A stretch of DNA of 63,735 nucleotides, the filler included, from Octopus bimaculoides (Eukaryota), in NCBI RefSeq assembly GCF_001194135.2. It is 5 parts of 5 records of this genome, joined end to end, with 100 filler letters (N's around TTAATTAATTAA, not from the genome) between each part and the next. Parts side by side here need not be neighbours in the genome. Positions count along the whole stretch, not along the records: positions 31,534 to 46,637 come from NC_069001.1; positions 46,738 to 54,450 come from NC_068996.1; 3 more parts are not named here. The stretch is one strand, 5' to 3'. The notes under the pieces are model-generated. The model ran no database searches. It was given only the letters and a program-made list of their open reading frames with translations, and was not told the DNA's origin. The position numbers and the translations under genes were made by a program. The stretch's first letter is position 1. Each line of letters opens with the position of its first letter. Shown here piece by piece: positions 40,391 to 53,741 of the stretch.

Positions 40391-41067
40391 GACACAAACG
40401 CGCACACATACGCATACATATATGTGTGCATGCATACACATACATAGAGATGGCTGGAAGGGGCAGAGATGGGATAGGGACAGATAAACGTCACAGTGGA
40501 AGACAAAGAAACAGTAGATAATGGACTAAGTTTCTCTTGGTGTGTTTTCTTTTTTTTTTTTTATCCCTTTGGAACTTGAAAGTCGAACATGAAAGTCGAC
40601 ATACACTGAAAATAATCAAAAATAAACAGAGATTAACAAAGTCGAGCGCCATACATATATTACTGCTTAAATTAGCAAAACGAAACGAAGAGCATGTTTA
40701 GCAGCTTGTATAGTGTCTCACCGACTTCGTTGAATTAAACTGCGGTGATACAGTATGAAGTGGTAGGTGAATAAAATCCAATGGTGACGGTTATGTATAT
40801 AACAGAAATTTATTTATTGAACAATTACGTTGGCACCTACGGTTATTTCTCGGATGAATTAGATGGCTTATGTATTTCTTCTTTGTTTTTTTTTCTTTGC
40901 TGTATTTTGTTTTTCAGTTGATATATATAGATGTTTTCGACCTAGTTTGAATTCTTTGGCATCAAATTTGAATTCTTTGCAGTCAAATTTGATGGCAAAG
41001 AATTCAGATTTGGTGTCAAAGAATCCAAACTAGATCGAAAACATCTATAACATGTACATTGTATCAG

Positions 41068-41545
41068 GCAGCGAGCTAGCAGAATCGTTAGCACGTTGGA
41101 CGAAATGCCTTTCGTTATTTCGCCCTTCGATACGTTCTGAGTTCAAATTCCCCCGAGATCGACTTTGTCTTTGATCCTTTCAGTGTCCATAAATTAAGTA
41201 CCAGTGAAACACTGGGGTCATTGTTATCGACTAGTCCTCTCCCCACGAATTTCAACTATACACACATGCACTTGTGTATATATATATATATATATATATA
41301 TACATGCATACATACGCATTTATATATACATATATGTACATTATTCAGACACATATTTATACATACACAAACATACATGTGAGTGTGTGTATATATCTAT
41401 GTGTGGTGTGTCATTTTGTGGTGTATCCCTTACATATATACAATGGAATAAGCCCCAGCGTTTAAAAAATAGTAGTGGTGTCCATTCGTTCGACCAAAAC
41501 TCCCGCAAGGTGGCGCCTCAGCATGATCGTAGTCCAGTAACTGAA
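41068..41545 (+). mobile_element. SINE type B with internal (TA)/(CA) microsatellite and diverged tail
   Basis: Head and central domain at 41068-41240, microsatellite at about 41255-41430, tail aataagccccag...ggtggcgcctcagcatgatcgtagtc...actgaaa at 41435-41545. Confidence 0.7.
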
Positions 41546-42137
41546 AAAGAGAAATATAAATAATAAACGATATTAATAAGGGGTGGCGGGCGGAGGTGAA
41601 ATTCATGTATAATTTCAAGGGAAAATCTTCGAAATAACATAGTAAAAAGCGAAATTCGCAATTGCCAATACACGAAGCTGTAAGGGAGACAATAGGTGAG
41701 ACAGTTTGTGTATGAATTAGAAAATTGAAATCAGAGTTAAAAGTAAAGAATTGAAGATGGTTAATCGAGGCACCGAGGTGTGAATTAATTAAAACTATTA
41801 TAGGAATATATTATTGGTAAATGTCATTAGAGAACTGATGGGTGTATTAGATATAGAAAGACCAAAGTGTGTGAACGGTCCATTGATATTAACTATAGGC
41901 AAATTAATGATTCGTAGCGATGTAAAAGTATACGTATATGACCGTGTTATCAAAACGGACAAGATCTAAATGTTAGAAACTCTACAGCCGTGAAAAGCAG
42001 AAATCAATACATATTGATGAATATTTAGAAATAAATAAATAATTAAATAAATGGATAAATAAATAAATGTAAATTAATTCACAGATATGTGATTTTATCT
42101 GAAAGCCTTTGAACGAATTTGTACATAAATGAATGCT

Positions 42138-42169
<32 letters not shown>

Positions 42170-43242
42170 TGTATGTATATACGTATATATGTACCTATGT
42201 GTGCCTGTGGCTGTCCGTCTGTACGTAAGTATGTATATGCATATATATACATGCGTGTATATTTATGTGCATATTTCTATATGCATATATGCATGTATAT
42301 ATATTTACACATACATACATGCATACATATTTGTGTGCGTGTGTGTATCAAACAAAATTGTAGATGGATCAGAATAAATATAAATTAAATTAGCAATGGT
42401 TTGGAGTGAAAGAGATAGAGTCTATCATGGATAATTTAGAAATCAAAGGAAGGAAGATCAGGGTCAAAATAACCATTTCCAACACCATATCTGAATCTTA
42501 TAAATATTTGTTAAACGGCAGCACCGTATGCCTACAGGTATTCATCTGTTATGAAAGATAATCTTTCTCTGAAATTAACTGGACAGAAAGGAAATCCATA
42601 TATGGAAACAATACCGTAGTTCATGAGCTGAAGAAGGATGCGGAAAGGGCTTTGTCATGCAAAAACATTAGTGAAAGTGAAACTTGAAAATGTTTATGGG
42701 AGTTTGGTCACTAAGGGAAGTGATTGCCTCCAACCCTTTCAGTGATGCCCATCGTACAACCGAGTTTTCCAAACGTATATTATTTTATTATTCCTGTGTG
42801 AGTGGTACAATAATACATGTTAAAATGATTATAGATGCAATCTTCTTAATGTAGTGCTTGCATGAATGTCCAAGGGAAGAAGTGAATAACACGTGAATAC
42901 ACAGAACTCAGTGATTCACTGATGATAATAATGAAGCTTGAGACCATTGGTAGTTTTTAGGAGAAAGCAAAGATTCAGTCGTGTATGGCGAGAGGCAAAT
43001 GAATAGGCGAAAAACGTGCAATAGAGTGGAACAAAAATAATCATGTTTTTTGCTCGTAACTTCCTAGCAATGTTTGGAATTGCTGTTTCTTGTCAGAAGA
43101 AACGGAACCGCTAATTGTTTTATGACAAGGAAAAAAGCGTACTACAGGGTGAACTAAAAGAACTGGCTATTCACTGATACACTCAATGAATTTTGAAAAC
43201 GCTGAAGATATTAGGATAAATCAAAGACTTAACAGTTAATGG

Positions 43243-43271
43243 ACTTTGATCTTAGCCAAAAAGCCGAGAAG
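43243..43271 (-). pseudogene. U2: U2 snRNA 5' fragment (29 nt)
   Basis: Reverse complement CTTCTCGGCTTTTTGGCTAAGATCAAAGT matches the conserved U2 5' end (ATCGCTTCTCGGCCTTTTGGCTAAGATCAA(A)GT) with one mismatch; similarity stops before the GTAGTA branch-point recognition sequence. Confidence 0.85.
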
Positions 43272-43965
43272 GAATAGGCTAAATAATTAATAGATGAAAG
43301 AAAGTGTGTTCTACATATTCACTGGGAATAGCAATAATGGTTGAGTCTCCTAACATTTTTAGGATAAATCAGACATTTCTGGGTTTTTAAGGTGGGAAAA
43401 GGCGCGCTGCAATATTATAAAGAACACAGTTATATTCTGATAGCGTGAATGGAGCTTCGAACAGATGTTTGCATTTTTGTTTACATAAACCGAAGGCCAA
43501 AATCCCGCAACAGTGTGTATCAAAAATATCCGGTTTTGTCCCTGCTTACATCAATGTTGCTTAGAATTGCTGTCTTATTATTCTTTAGGATAAACACAAA
43601 ACAAAATGGTGTATATTAAACGTTGGTGGTGGAATTTTACAATAGATTTCTGGGTAACGTAACGGATTTGATAAACTTCATACTGGCTGATCAATGTGGA
43701 CAGAATGGCACATAATGAAAATGTCAGTTAAAGTAGTTGTGTTTGCCAATATAATTTCGAAAACATTCCGGCGTTTGTCTTGTTGGCAAATATATTTTAT
43801 TGTTTACGTAAAAGTTTGTGAACGAGACTGTCTTTCTTTTAGATTATATTTACGACATTCGTTATACCAACGAAGATTTAAATGATTTGGCCCCGGCATG
43901 GATGTGATCAATTAAGTTTAGAAGTTTAGAGGAACACTCTGTTGCTGTCACGCTTTGCAGCTGCA

Positions 43966-44029
<64 letters not shown>

Positions 44030-44326
44030 NNNNNNNNNNNNNNNNNNNNNNNNNNNNNNNNNNNNNNNNNNNNNNNNNNNNNNNNNNNNNNNNNNNNNNN
44101 NNNNNNNNNNNNNNNNNNNNNNNNNNNNNNNNNNNNNNNNNNNNNNNNNNNNNNNNNNNNNNNNNNNNNNNNNNNNNNNNNNNNNNNNNNNNNNNNNNNN
44201 NNNNNNNNNNNNNNNNNNNNNNNNNNNNNNNNNNNNNNNNNNNNNNNNNNNNNNNNNNNNNNNNNNNNNNNNNNNNNNNNNNNNNNNNNNNNNNNNNNNN
44301 NNNNNNNNNNNNNNNNNNNNNNNNNN

Positions 44327-44359
<33 letters not shown>

Positions 44360-45283
44360 CCAGTAGATACGTGGTAGAGTGCAGTGTAAATCACCCAATA
44401 CTATCGGTAGTATTATTACATACTTCCAATTTTAAGTTTGGGCATTTGTTGTGTGTGTATGTAAAATTGAAGGAAATGGAGCCAGGAAGGAGTACTGTTG
44501 AATGTGTATTATCCGCAGCACTTGTTTCGACGCAACATAGTTCTCCAAGAATACAGGTACTTGATTATGCAAATCTTTGTTTGCATAATGAGATGTAGTT
44601 CTGTTTCCTCAGGCGATATACGAGTGTTGTCTCCGTTAGTTTAAAATCTCCTACTTCAAGGCTATGTTCTCTGCACCTTCAATTTCATGTGTGTATGTGT
44701 GTGTGTGAGTGTGTGTGTGCGTCTTTCAGTTTGTTTTGCATTTTTATCTGCCCTCTACTCTGATATACGTATACATAATATTTGATAACTATATGATTCA
44801 TACCGGAAAGAAGGTTCTGAAATTTCTTGCTGTATTAGCTGGGCAAATGATTTAATCATAGGAATGAAATGTGCATTAGATAAGATCCCTCCATCAAATA
44901 GAAAGAAGAGCGAGCGAGGGAGAAAGGACAGTAGTCATGGTGTTGCATGAAATTGAAACCATGATTGCGAGATCGTGGTTACAATTTCTAGACCGCCTGG
45001 TGATGCTTTGTTCTTGAGAAAAACACTTTATCTCAAGTTGTTCTGTGATCACTTCGATACTTCATGTGTAGTAGACCGTGTCTCTTTACAGGCAACCTCT
45101 ATTTGATGGAAGGATCTAAGCTAATGTACAGTTAATACGTTTGATTTCTATAATCAAATCATCTGCGCAAGTTATTCAGCGAGAAATTTCATAACCGTCT
45201 TTCGCGGAATACGACAGATTAACATCAAATATTCCCAATTGTAGATGGCAGACAAATAAAACACAAACTCAAAGAAATATATA

Positions 45284-45351
<68 letters not shown>

Positions 45352-45492
45352 GTGTGGCTGTTTGTCTGTCTGTCTATCAATCTATCTTTCTATCTATCTA
45401 TCTATCTAAGTTAACGATGTGTATATGTGTATGTGTGTATGTGCGTGTGCGCGTGCATGTGTATATATAAATATATAAATATATATATATAT

Positions 45493-45544
<52 letters not shown>

Positions 45545-45992
45545 TACATTCGTACACTGATAGGATATAATACTAGAAGAAACATGCCGAATATCACGCA
45601 AAGCTGGTTCGAACCCGAGGCTACATGACTGGTAGCAGTCTCCTTAGCCACACAACCACATGCCTTCGCCCTTCTAGTTAATATAGGACACACCATAATA
45701 TATTACCAAATGCATTGTACACTTTATACTTTATATAACAATAACTTTACATAGTGAAACATATTCTATTAATCTTCTTTTACTCAATAATTGTACCCCA
45801 AGCTATTAGTGTCCATATTTTAAATGCAAAGTTAATATTTGCCAAGCTTACATTAGTAAGTCATATATTAACAAACATAGATTCATTTATTGTAGTTTTC
45901 TCGAGAGAATGAAGCGTACGATTAATTCAACTACCACTGTAACTATTTGTCTCTTCACTTACCATTTTAATTAACATATATATATTATCTAT

Positions 45993-46031
<39 letters not shown>

Positions 46032-46041
46032 NNNNNNNNNN

Positions 46042-46081
<40 letters not shown>

Positions 46082-46737
46082 AGCAATTGTAAATCTGAGA
46101 GTAGCGGCACGGAATTGTGAAGTATATTTACCACCTGAATTTGGCGGACCCAAATAAATTAAGTACCGATTGCGTACTCGGTTCGATCTATTCGACTGCC
46201 CCCTTCTCCCAAACAATTTCGTGCCTTGTGTCTAGAGTAGAAAAAAACTACTGTTACGCATCCAACTTTCTCGTTGAATTACACCAAAAGGAGAAAATGG
46301 CCTTCGTATTGTGATGTTTACGCAACAATTTCCTAGCAAAGGAGAAATTGATCATTCATCATGCATAACTTTGCACAACTGAACGTTGATACCTGGCAAG
46401 AGACTCTACTAAAAATAGCAGTTGATTATCTTACAATTACACTGATATGTGTTTCGCACAAGCTGTATTGCACAATATAATTTAAATTGCACAGTCAAAA
46501 GGCATCATAGTATTTAGAATTATCTGCGTTATAGATCTTTTTTACTACCGATTTAAACTTGTGATACACTGCAATGACAATGTTTATTACAATTCAGCGT
46601 CTTGCCCTAGGTAGTATATATATATATATATATATATNNNNNNNNNNNNNNNNNNNNNNNNNNNNNNNNNNNNNNNNNNNNTTAATTAATTAANNNNNNN
46701 NNNNNNNNNNNNNNNNNNNNNNNNNNNNNNNNNNNNN

Positions 46738-46842
<105 letters not shown>

Positions 46843-47408
46843 TATTTACATATCCCACATATCTTGTTTCTTCATTCACCATTACAATTGTGTTTCAAAT
46901 TCATCTACAGTCGCGGCGTTGTTGCCCTCTTCGACGACCTTCGCATAGAGATGTTATGAGTGTGAAGTTTTATTTTTACTCATTTTTATTTTCTTTCTCT
47001 GTACCGCCCGAAAAATGTTTTCAAACAGTTATATTTCAGTTATAAGTTTAATTCAACAGTGGCTTTTTGTTATCTGGCTTGTATTTGCTCTTCCTATATA
47101 AGCATAGCTCCACCTTCCTTTTGACATACAACTTATAGATAAATAGATTCATGCCAGTTGGCATTACGTTTTAAGGGTTGGGTACTGTATTCTGGTTTTA
47201 CAGTAATTTCATTTTTAAATATATTTCTACTTCTGGATTAATTGCGGTGTGGTAGACACTATTTAGGTAATCAGAAACGCACAAAGACTTTGCGTAAACA
47301 TTTATTTGCATTATGGTGGCAAAGTTATCGTCGTTCGAATCTGCGATCAGTTCCCTGATGAAAAATATATCGTATGCTACAAACTTTTTTGCCAGTGAGC
47401 AAAAACCA

Positions 47409-47729
47409 GCACTCCGTCGCTAACGACGACGAGGGTTCCAGGTCATCCAATCAATGAAACAGCCTGCTCGTGAAATTAACGTGCAAGTGGCTGAGTACTC
47501 CACAGACACGCGTACCTTTAACGTAGTTCTCAAGGAGATTGATCATGACGCAGAATGTGACATGGCTGTTCCATTCGAAATGCAGGCACTACTCATTTTT
47601 GCCAGCTTAGCGGACTGGAGCAACGTGAAATAAAGTGTCTTACTCAAGGACGCAATACGCCACCGGGAAACGAACTCATGACCCTACGATCGTGAACCCA
47701 TTACCCTAACCACTAAGCCACGCGCCTTC
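47409..47729 (-). mobile_element. tRNA-derived SINE (type A2, CORE-like central domain)
   Basis: Full-length similarity to 54949-55268; 3' half shared with type A1. Confidence 0.9.
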
Positions 47730-47979
47730 TGTGAATAAGTCGCAGTTTCAAGCGTCGAAAATCTTGACACCGTATTACAAAAGAATAAATGTTTGAGTGA
47801 AGTTAATGGTCTTTGTTCGTTTCTGAAGGGTAAACCTATGCCTTCCACGTCGCAGTCGTTTCAGCAAACGATCTCATACGAAGACATTTGCTATCCAAGT
47901 ATATCTCCGTGTTTCTAGATTATAAGCTTGAAATCATTACTGCCATTATGGTTCCTGCCGTTACTGTTGTTACTGTTGT

Positions 47980-48013
<34 letters not shown>

Positions 48014-49354
48014 AGTACTGCTACTGCTGCTGCTGCTGCTGCTGCTGTTGTATTTTTTCTACCTTTTTTACCAGTTGTTTAACCTCATATCTACCATAAT
48101 ACTACATATCCATGATGATCAAACGCGTTGNNNNNNNNNNNNNNNNNNNNNNNNNNNNNNNNNNNNNNNNNNNNNNNNNNNNNNNNNNNNNNNNNNNNNN
48201 NNNNNNNNNNNNNNNNNNNNNNNNNNNNNNNNNNNNNNNNNNNNNNNNNNNNNNNNNNNNNNNNNNNNNNNNNNNNNNNNNNNNNNNNNNNNNNNNNNNN
48301 NNNNNNNNNNNNNNNNNNNNNNNNNNNNNNNNNNNNNNNNNNNNNNNNNNNNNNNNNNNNNNNNNNNNNNNNNNNNNNNNNNNNNNNNNNNNNNNNNNNN
48401 NNNNNNNNNNNNNNNNNNNNNNNNNNNNNNNNAGGAGGTGGGATGAAGGAGGAGGTGGGATGAAGGAGGAGGTGGGATGAAGGAGGAGGTGGCGGGAAGG
48501 AGGAAGAAGAGGAGTAGCAGAGGAGTAGCAGAGGAGGAGCGAAGGAGCGGAGTAGGATTGGTGAGGAAATTTTGTGATTGTGGTAGCGAAGTTATTTGCT
48601 ACTTTTAATAAATTCGTGGCTACAGATGTCGTAGAAAGATGACGGAATAATGGCGGAATGATTGGTAGGGTAGGTGGGAGCAATTTGAATGGAATGGCAT
48701 AGAATAGCGCATATGTGTTTGTGTGTGTTTGTGTGTGTTTGTGTGTTGTGGTGCGACGGAAATGCTTCTCGTTCATTATATAAGTGATAATGTCACAATG
48801 AAATCGAGATTTTATAAAAGAAATGGTTAATTACCGAATTGCACGAACGCCACTAACACCACCACCGCCGCTGCCGCCAACAATATAACAGAAACGAAAA
48901 CAAAACCGAGCAAACAGAGGAAACCTCTACCTGGTCAATCTGCTAGAAATAGAGGCCAAATCTCTCTTAAGTCACCATTCCCATCAACTTATGAGCATGA
49001 CTCATTAAAAGAATGTGGCTTTACGCTTCCTGACTGAGTGTTGAAGGTAGGAATGATCTTGATGTTAGGTCTGTCTCCTCCTAATTAGGGACGGCCTGGT
49101 TCTAAACAACAACAAGCAATGACAATATATAGCAAACAAAAGCACCAACGTCTGTGGTCATTCGTGGTTATTCAAACTGCAAGACAGAGCACTGAAGTCT
49201 TTTCAAGTCACATATTTTCTTTCATAAAAGATAATTTGGTTAAACTATATAGTCCTTCCCCCACTTCCAACCCCACCACAACCACCACTAAATCCAAGGG
49301 AAGAGAGACAGCCATGGTTGGATCGCCTTTGGACTCAGGTTTGTTTTGTCAAGG

Positions 49355-49739
49355 GTTGTTGTTGGCACTCCGTCGCTTACGACGTCGAGGTTTCCAGTTG
49401 ATCCGATCAACGGAACAGCCTGCTCGTGAAATTAACGTGCAAGTGGCTGAGCACTCCACAGACACGTGTACCCTTAACGTAGTTCTCGGGGATATTCAGC
49501 GTGACACAGTATGACAAGGCTGACCCTTTGAATTACAGGCACAACAGAAACAGGAAATAAGAGTGAAAGAAAGTTGTGGTGAAAGAGTACAGCAGGGTTC
49601 GCCACCATCCCCTGCCGGAGCCTCGTGTAGCTTTAGGTGTTTTCGCTCAATAAACACTCACAACGCCCGGTCTGGGAATCGAAACCGCGATCTTATGACC
49701 GCGAGTCTGCTTCCCTAACCACTGGGCCATTGCGCCTTC
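49355..49739 (-). mobile_element. Full-length tRNA-derived SINE (type A1)
   Basis: Colinear with 23756-24139 over the whole length; (CAA)n tail. Confidence 0.95.
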
Positions 49740-50111
49740 ACTCTTGGTCAAGAGTAACCTGAGTTAAATAACAACCCTCAGCCGCAACAAATAAACTGAC
49801 AGTGTCTTTTTTGTCTTCTATTATAATACAAATAGAATTTAAAATACATTTGAGCAATATTAAGTAGAGTTCAATATCTGTATTTGACGTAGTCTTCATA
49901 TTATTAACCTCTGGAAGAAAGAAAAACAAAGTTTCACTTCGACAAGATTTGAACTCAGTCGTAACCAAGAGATATTTGCCTGACGGCCTAATGACACTGC
50001 CATATCCACCATCTGTATGATGATAATTATGATATAGAAACAAGCGATGCGTATGTATTGAAAGAAAGAAAAAAGGCGGGTATTAGAGAACAGCGACCAA
50101 AGACAATAATG

Positions 50112-50182
50112 AAAGCGGCGGCGGCGGCGACGGTGTTTGAAGCGGCGGCGGCGGCGACGGTGTTTGAAGCGGCGGCGGCGAC
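50112..50182. repeat. GC-rich 27-bp minisatellite (GAAGCGGCGGCGGCGGCGACGGTGTTT), about 2.7 copies
   Basis: Direct reading of the sequence. Confidence 0.9.
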
Positions 50183-50395
50183 AATGACAGATATGGCAAT
50201 GAAGTTCGATTGTATTACAGTAATACGACCAGAGTGGGAAATACCAGAGAGAAACATTCTCTATTCTTAACACAAATATCGTTGCACCTCACATTTTTAT
50301 TATAGACTGAAATAGTATTTTTTCGATTAGATGAGATTATTCACGCAGCTTGTAGACAAAAACAACTTCCTCTAGGTGTGTTTTAAAGTAAAGGA

Positions 50396-50397
<2 letters not shown>

Positions 50398-50442
<45 letters not shown>

Positions 50443-50447
50443 TGATG

Positions 50448-50530
<83 letters not shown>

Positions 50531-50576
50531 GATGATAATAATAATAATAATATTAATAATAATAATAATGATGATG

Positions 50577-50625
<49 letters not shown>

Positions 50626-50653
50626 TGATGATGATGATAATGATGATGATGAT

Positions 50654-50694
<41 letters not shown>

Positions 50695-50696
50695 TG

Positions 50697-50776
<80 letters not shown>

Positions 50777-50822
50777 GATGATAATAATAATAATAATATT
50801 AATAATAATAATAATGATGATG

Positions 50823-50871
<49 letters not shown>

Positions 50872-50899
50872 TGATGATGATGATAATGATGATGATGAT

Positions 50900-50940
<41 letters not shown>

Positions 50941-50942
50941 TG

Positions 50943-51001
<59 letters not shown>

Positions 51002-51013
51002 GATGATGATAAC

Positions 51014-51058
<45 letters not shown>

Positions 51059-51060
51059 AA
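50398..51060. repeat. Long compound (AAT)n/(GAT)n microsatellite with a 246-bp higher-order duplication
   Basis: The interruptions TATT (50551, 50797) and GGTA (50657, 50903) both recur at +246. Confidence 0.95.
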
Positions 51061-52058
51061 TTTCATTTATTTGCCACGAGGGCGAAAGATGAGGGGGACA
51101 ATACAGCGACAGACATAGTGTGGGGGGTTTACATATGATAATGAAATGATAAGTTAAAAAAATAAAAAGTATACACGGTATACACTGGGACAGAGGAGAC
51201 ACATGCATAGCATACAGAAGTACAAAGAAAAAAAGTGGAGCAGAGAGGATGATAGAGATGTGGCGCTCCTGATACAGGAACACTTTTAGGGATAATCGAG
51301 GAACCCCACCTGAAACCCTATGAGCAAGTGCCCTCTCCAATTCATTCTTTCCAACTCACAGGTCTATACTTGCCATTTTCGCAACTTTCACCCACCTTTC
51401 AATAAACTCACTCGAGGACAGCACTTCTCTCTTTACACTCAATTTCCTTTTCAAGTGAAACTTGAAGAAGTTAATGAGAGCTCTACCAAAGAGGAACGTA
51501 TCTGTCCTCATGCCTTTCAGCCTTGTGCACCAAACAAGCTCTTTCGCCACAGCCACCAACCAAAGGAAAACTGCCTTGCTTGCCCGACTGAAGTGGGGAA
51601 GCGGAGCAATCATCCTTATAGACTCGGCCGACAGACGGAACCGTCCCATACGTGACAGTAGCTGTTCAACATAACCACACAAGTCAGCAATGCCAGGAAC
51701 ACTGAACGAGGGCGTACAGAACGGATTCGTCACTCTGAGCGCACCTCGGACAAGTCCGTCTGACAGTGCATCTGTGCATGTAGAGTTTATCTCGAATCGG
51801 TAGCGCCCCTCACTAGCACTGCCAAGCCAAGGACATCTGGAAATTATCCATGATAGTCCGACCGGAAAGTCTTCCGGAACAGACTAGCCAGTTCGTTCTC
51901 GTTGGCGCCCAGAGTCTCCCCGAGAACGTCGTCGCACTTCCCCGCCACTAGTCCTCTATAAACTTCTAAAGTAGAACATCCACCGATCCCATTGACCGAG
52001 TGGTAGAGGGTCGCAAGCGCTTGACGACATGCTAGGTACCAGGCGCCCAGTCAAGGTC
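51061..52058 (-). mobile_element. Tx1/L1-clade LINE 3' part: ORF2 C-terminus, 3' UTR and polyA signal; 5'-truncated
   Basis: AWQC..GALPIRDKLY...TCPRCAQSDESVLYALVQC (C-x2-C-x8-[H>Y]-x4-C knuckle), then ...VFLWLVAVAKELVWCTR...FFKFHLKRKL...FIERW; stop at 51356; AATAAA at 51071-51066, immediately before the microsatellite. Confidence 0.85.
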
Positions 52059-52084
52059 TTTTTTTTTTCACCCATGTGCTGAGA

Positions 52085-52345
52085 GAAATTCTTTGGGGTT
52101 TGGATAATTCACCCCAGGAAACATGGGCGTTTCGTTCATCACTGTTAAACAACCCTTATTCAGGGACCTTTTGAGCAGGATGGGCTACTCGACCTGAAGG
52201 AAATTCTGACTGGGGACCCCACCTGCTGTTTCACCATGTCGCGCACATATGGTTGTAATGCATATGTGTGGTGTACTCTTATCAGACGGCTACTTATGAT
52301 TGGGTTTCGTATGTTTGTACCCTAGTGTCACTTTAATGGCATGCA
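52085..52345 (+). mobile_element. Probable retroposon 3' tail ending in (AAT)n
   Basis: Ends ...gcattgctctctcactcaataataat; single copy in the window, so assigned by structure only. Confidence 0.35.
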
Positions 52346-52725
52346 TTGCTCTCTCACTCAATAATAATGGTTTCAAATTTCGGAACAAAGCCAGAAATTT
52401 CGGGAGAAAGGTAAGTCGATTATATCAACCCCAGTTTTTAACTGGTACTTTTTTTTAAGGCGAGGAGAGATAGTTGAGGAAATAATATAGTGGTTGTGGA
52501 GTCAGAAAGCAGAGTTCAGAAACTGTAAACGAGTTCGACTTTCAATGGCAGGACGGACGGGTGAGAAGTAAGAGAGTGGACTGCGATTCATAGGAGAGCA
52601 ATAGTGCGATCAATGGCCTTGGTCAGGTGAAGTACAAGGTTCACAACTGTTAAAGGTATCCTAGATTCAGGAATAAATTTTGTGTATGTATGCATACATA
52701 CATGTATACATAATAAGATGCATAC

Positions 52726-52760
<35 letters not shown>

Positions 52761-53112
52761 CACATATATANNNNNNNNNNNNNNNNNNNNNNNNNNNNNN
52801 NNNNNNNNNNNNNNNNNNNNNNNNNNNNNNNNNNNNNNNNNNNNNNNNNNNNNNNNNNNNNNNNNNNNNNTATATATATATATATTCATATATTTATATA
52901 TATATATACATACATATATAGAGAGGGAGTAGGGGGAGAGAGACGTAGATAGGTAGAGAGATAGATATAGATATATAGATAAATAGATAGACAGGCAGAT
53001 AGACGTACATAATACATACATACATACATACATACACACAGACAGACAGACATACACTCTCACACGTACGACGGGGTTCCAGATAAATTCACTTGGACGG
53101 CGCACGACTATA

Positions 53113-53337
53113 CAATAATCCCTCGCCATATTGCGGTTCACCTTTTGCCCTTTATTATTTAAACTTACGTCGATTCCTCTGCGTTGCTGCTTTGCATTTA
53201 TGATATATAATAAATATATACAAATTATAAAAATAATTTAAAAAATTATACTGTACAGTACTGTCTCTACTTCGCTGATTATCACTTATTGTGGCGGGTT
53301 TTGTAACGCAACACCCGTGATAGTCGAGGGATTACTG
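53113..53337. mobile_element. Tigger/pogo-like MITE (225 bp)
   Basis: Imperfect TIRs CAATAATCCCTCG.. / ..CGAGGGATTACTG; TA on both sides (53111-53112, 53338-53339); AT-rich interior. Confidence 0.8.
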
Positions 53338-53436
53338 TAGTACAAAATGCCAAAAGTAACGCGCAGCGGAAGTGAACCCGAATTTATGTTGTTGCGACGC
53401 GAACTTCTCAAGCATACGGCCAAACTTACGTGTGTT

Positions 53437-53526
<90 letters not shown>

Positions 53527-53680
53527 TGTTCGTGTGTATGCATGTTTGTGTATTTCTGTGTGTGTGTTTGCGTATTTGTGTGTATGCATGTCTGTGTATT
53601 TGTGTGCGTGTGTGTGTGTGTTTGCGTATCTGTGTGTATGTATGTTTGTGAATTTGTGTGTGTGCACGCGCGCGCTTGTA

Positions 53681-53741
<61 letters not shown>

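Noticed and set aside
44566-44587. Octamer ATGCAAAT with an inverted partner, considered as an snRNA enhancer for the U2 fragment
   Set aside because: It is 1.3 kb away, much farther than a typical distal element, and the U2 piece is only 29 nt.
50372-51340. 322-aa poly-Ile ORF and the overlapping poly-Ile/Leu/Ser ORFs
   Set aside because: Translations of the (AAT)/(GAT) microsatellite.
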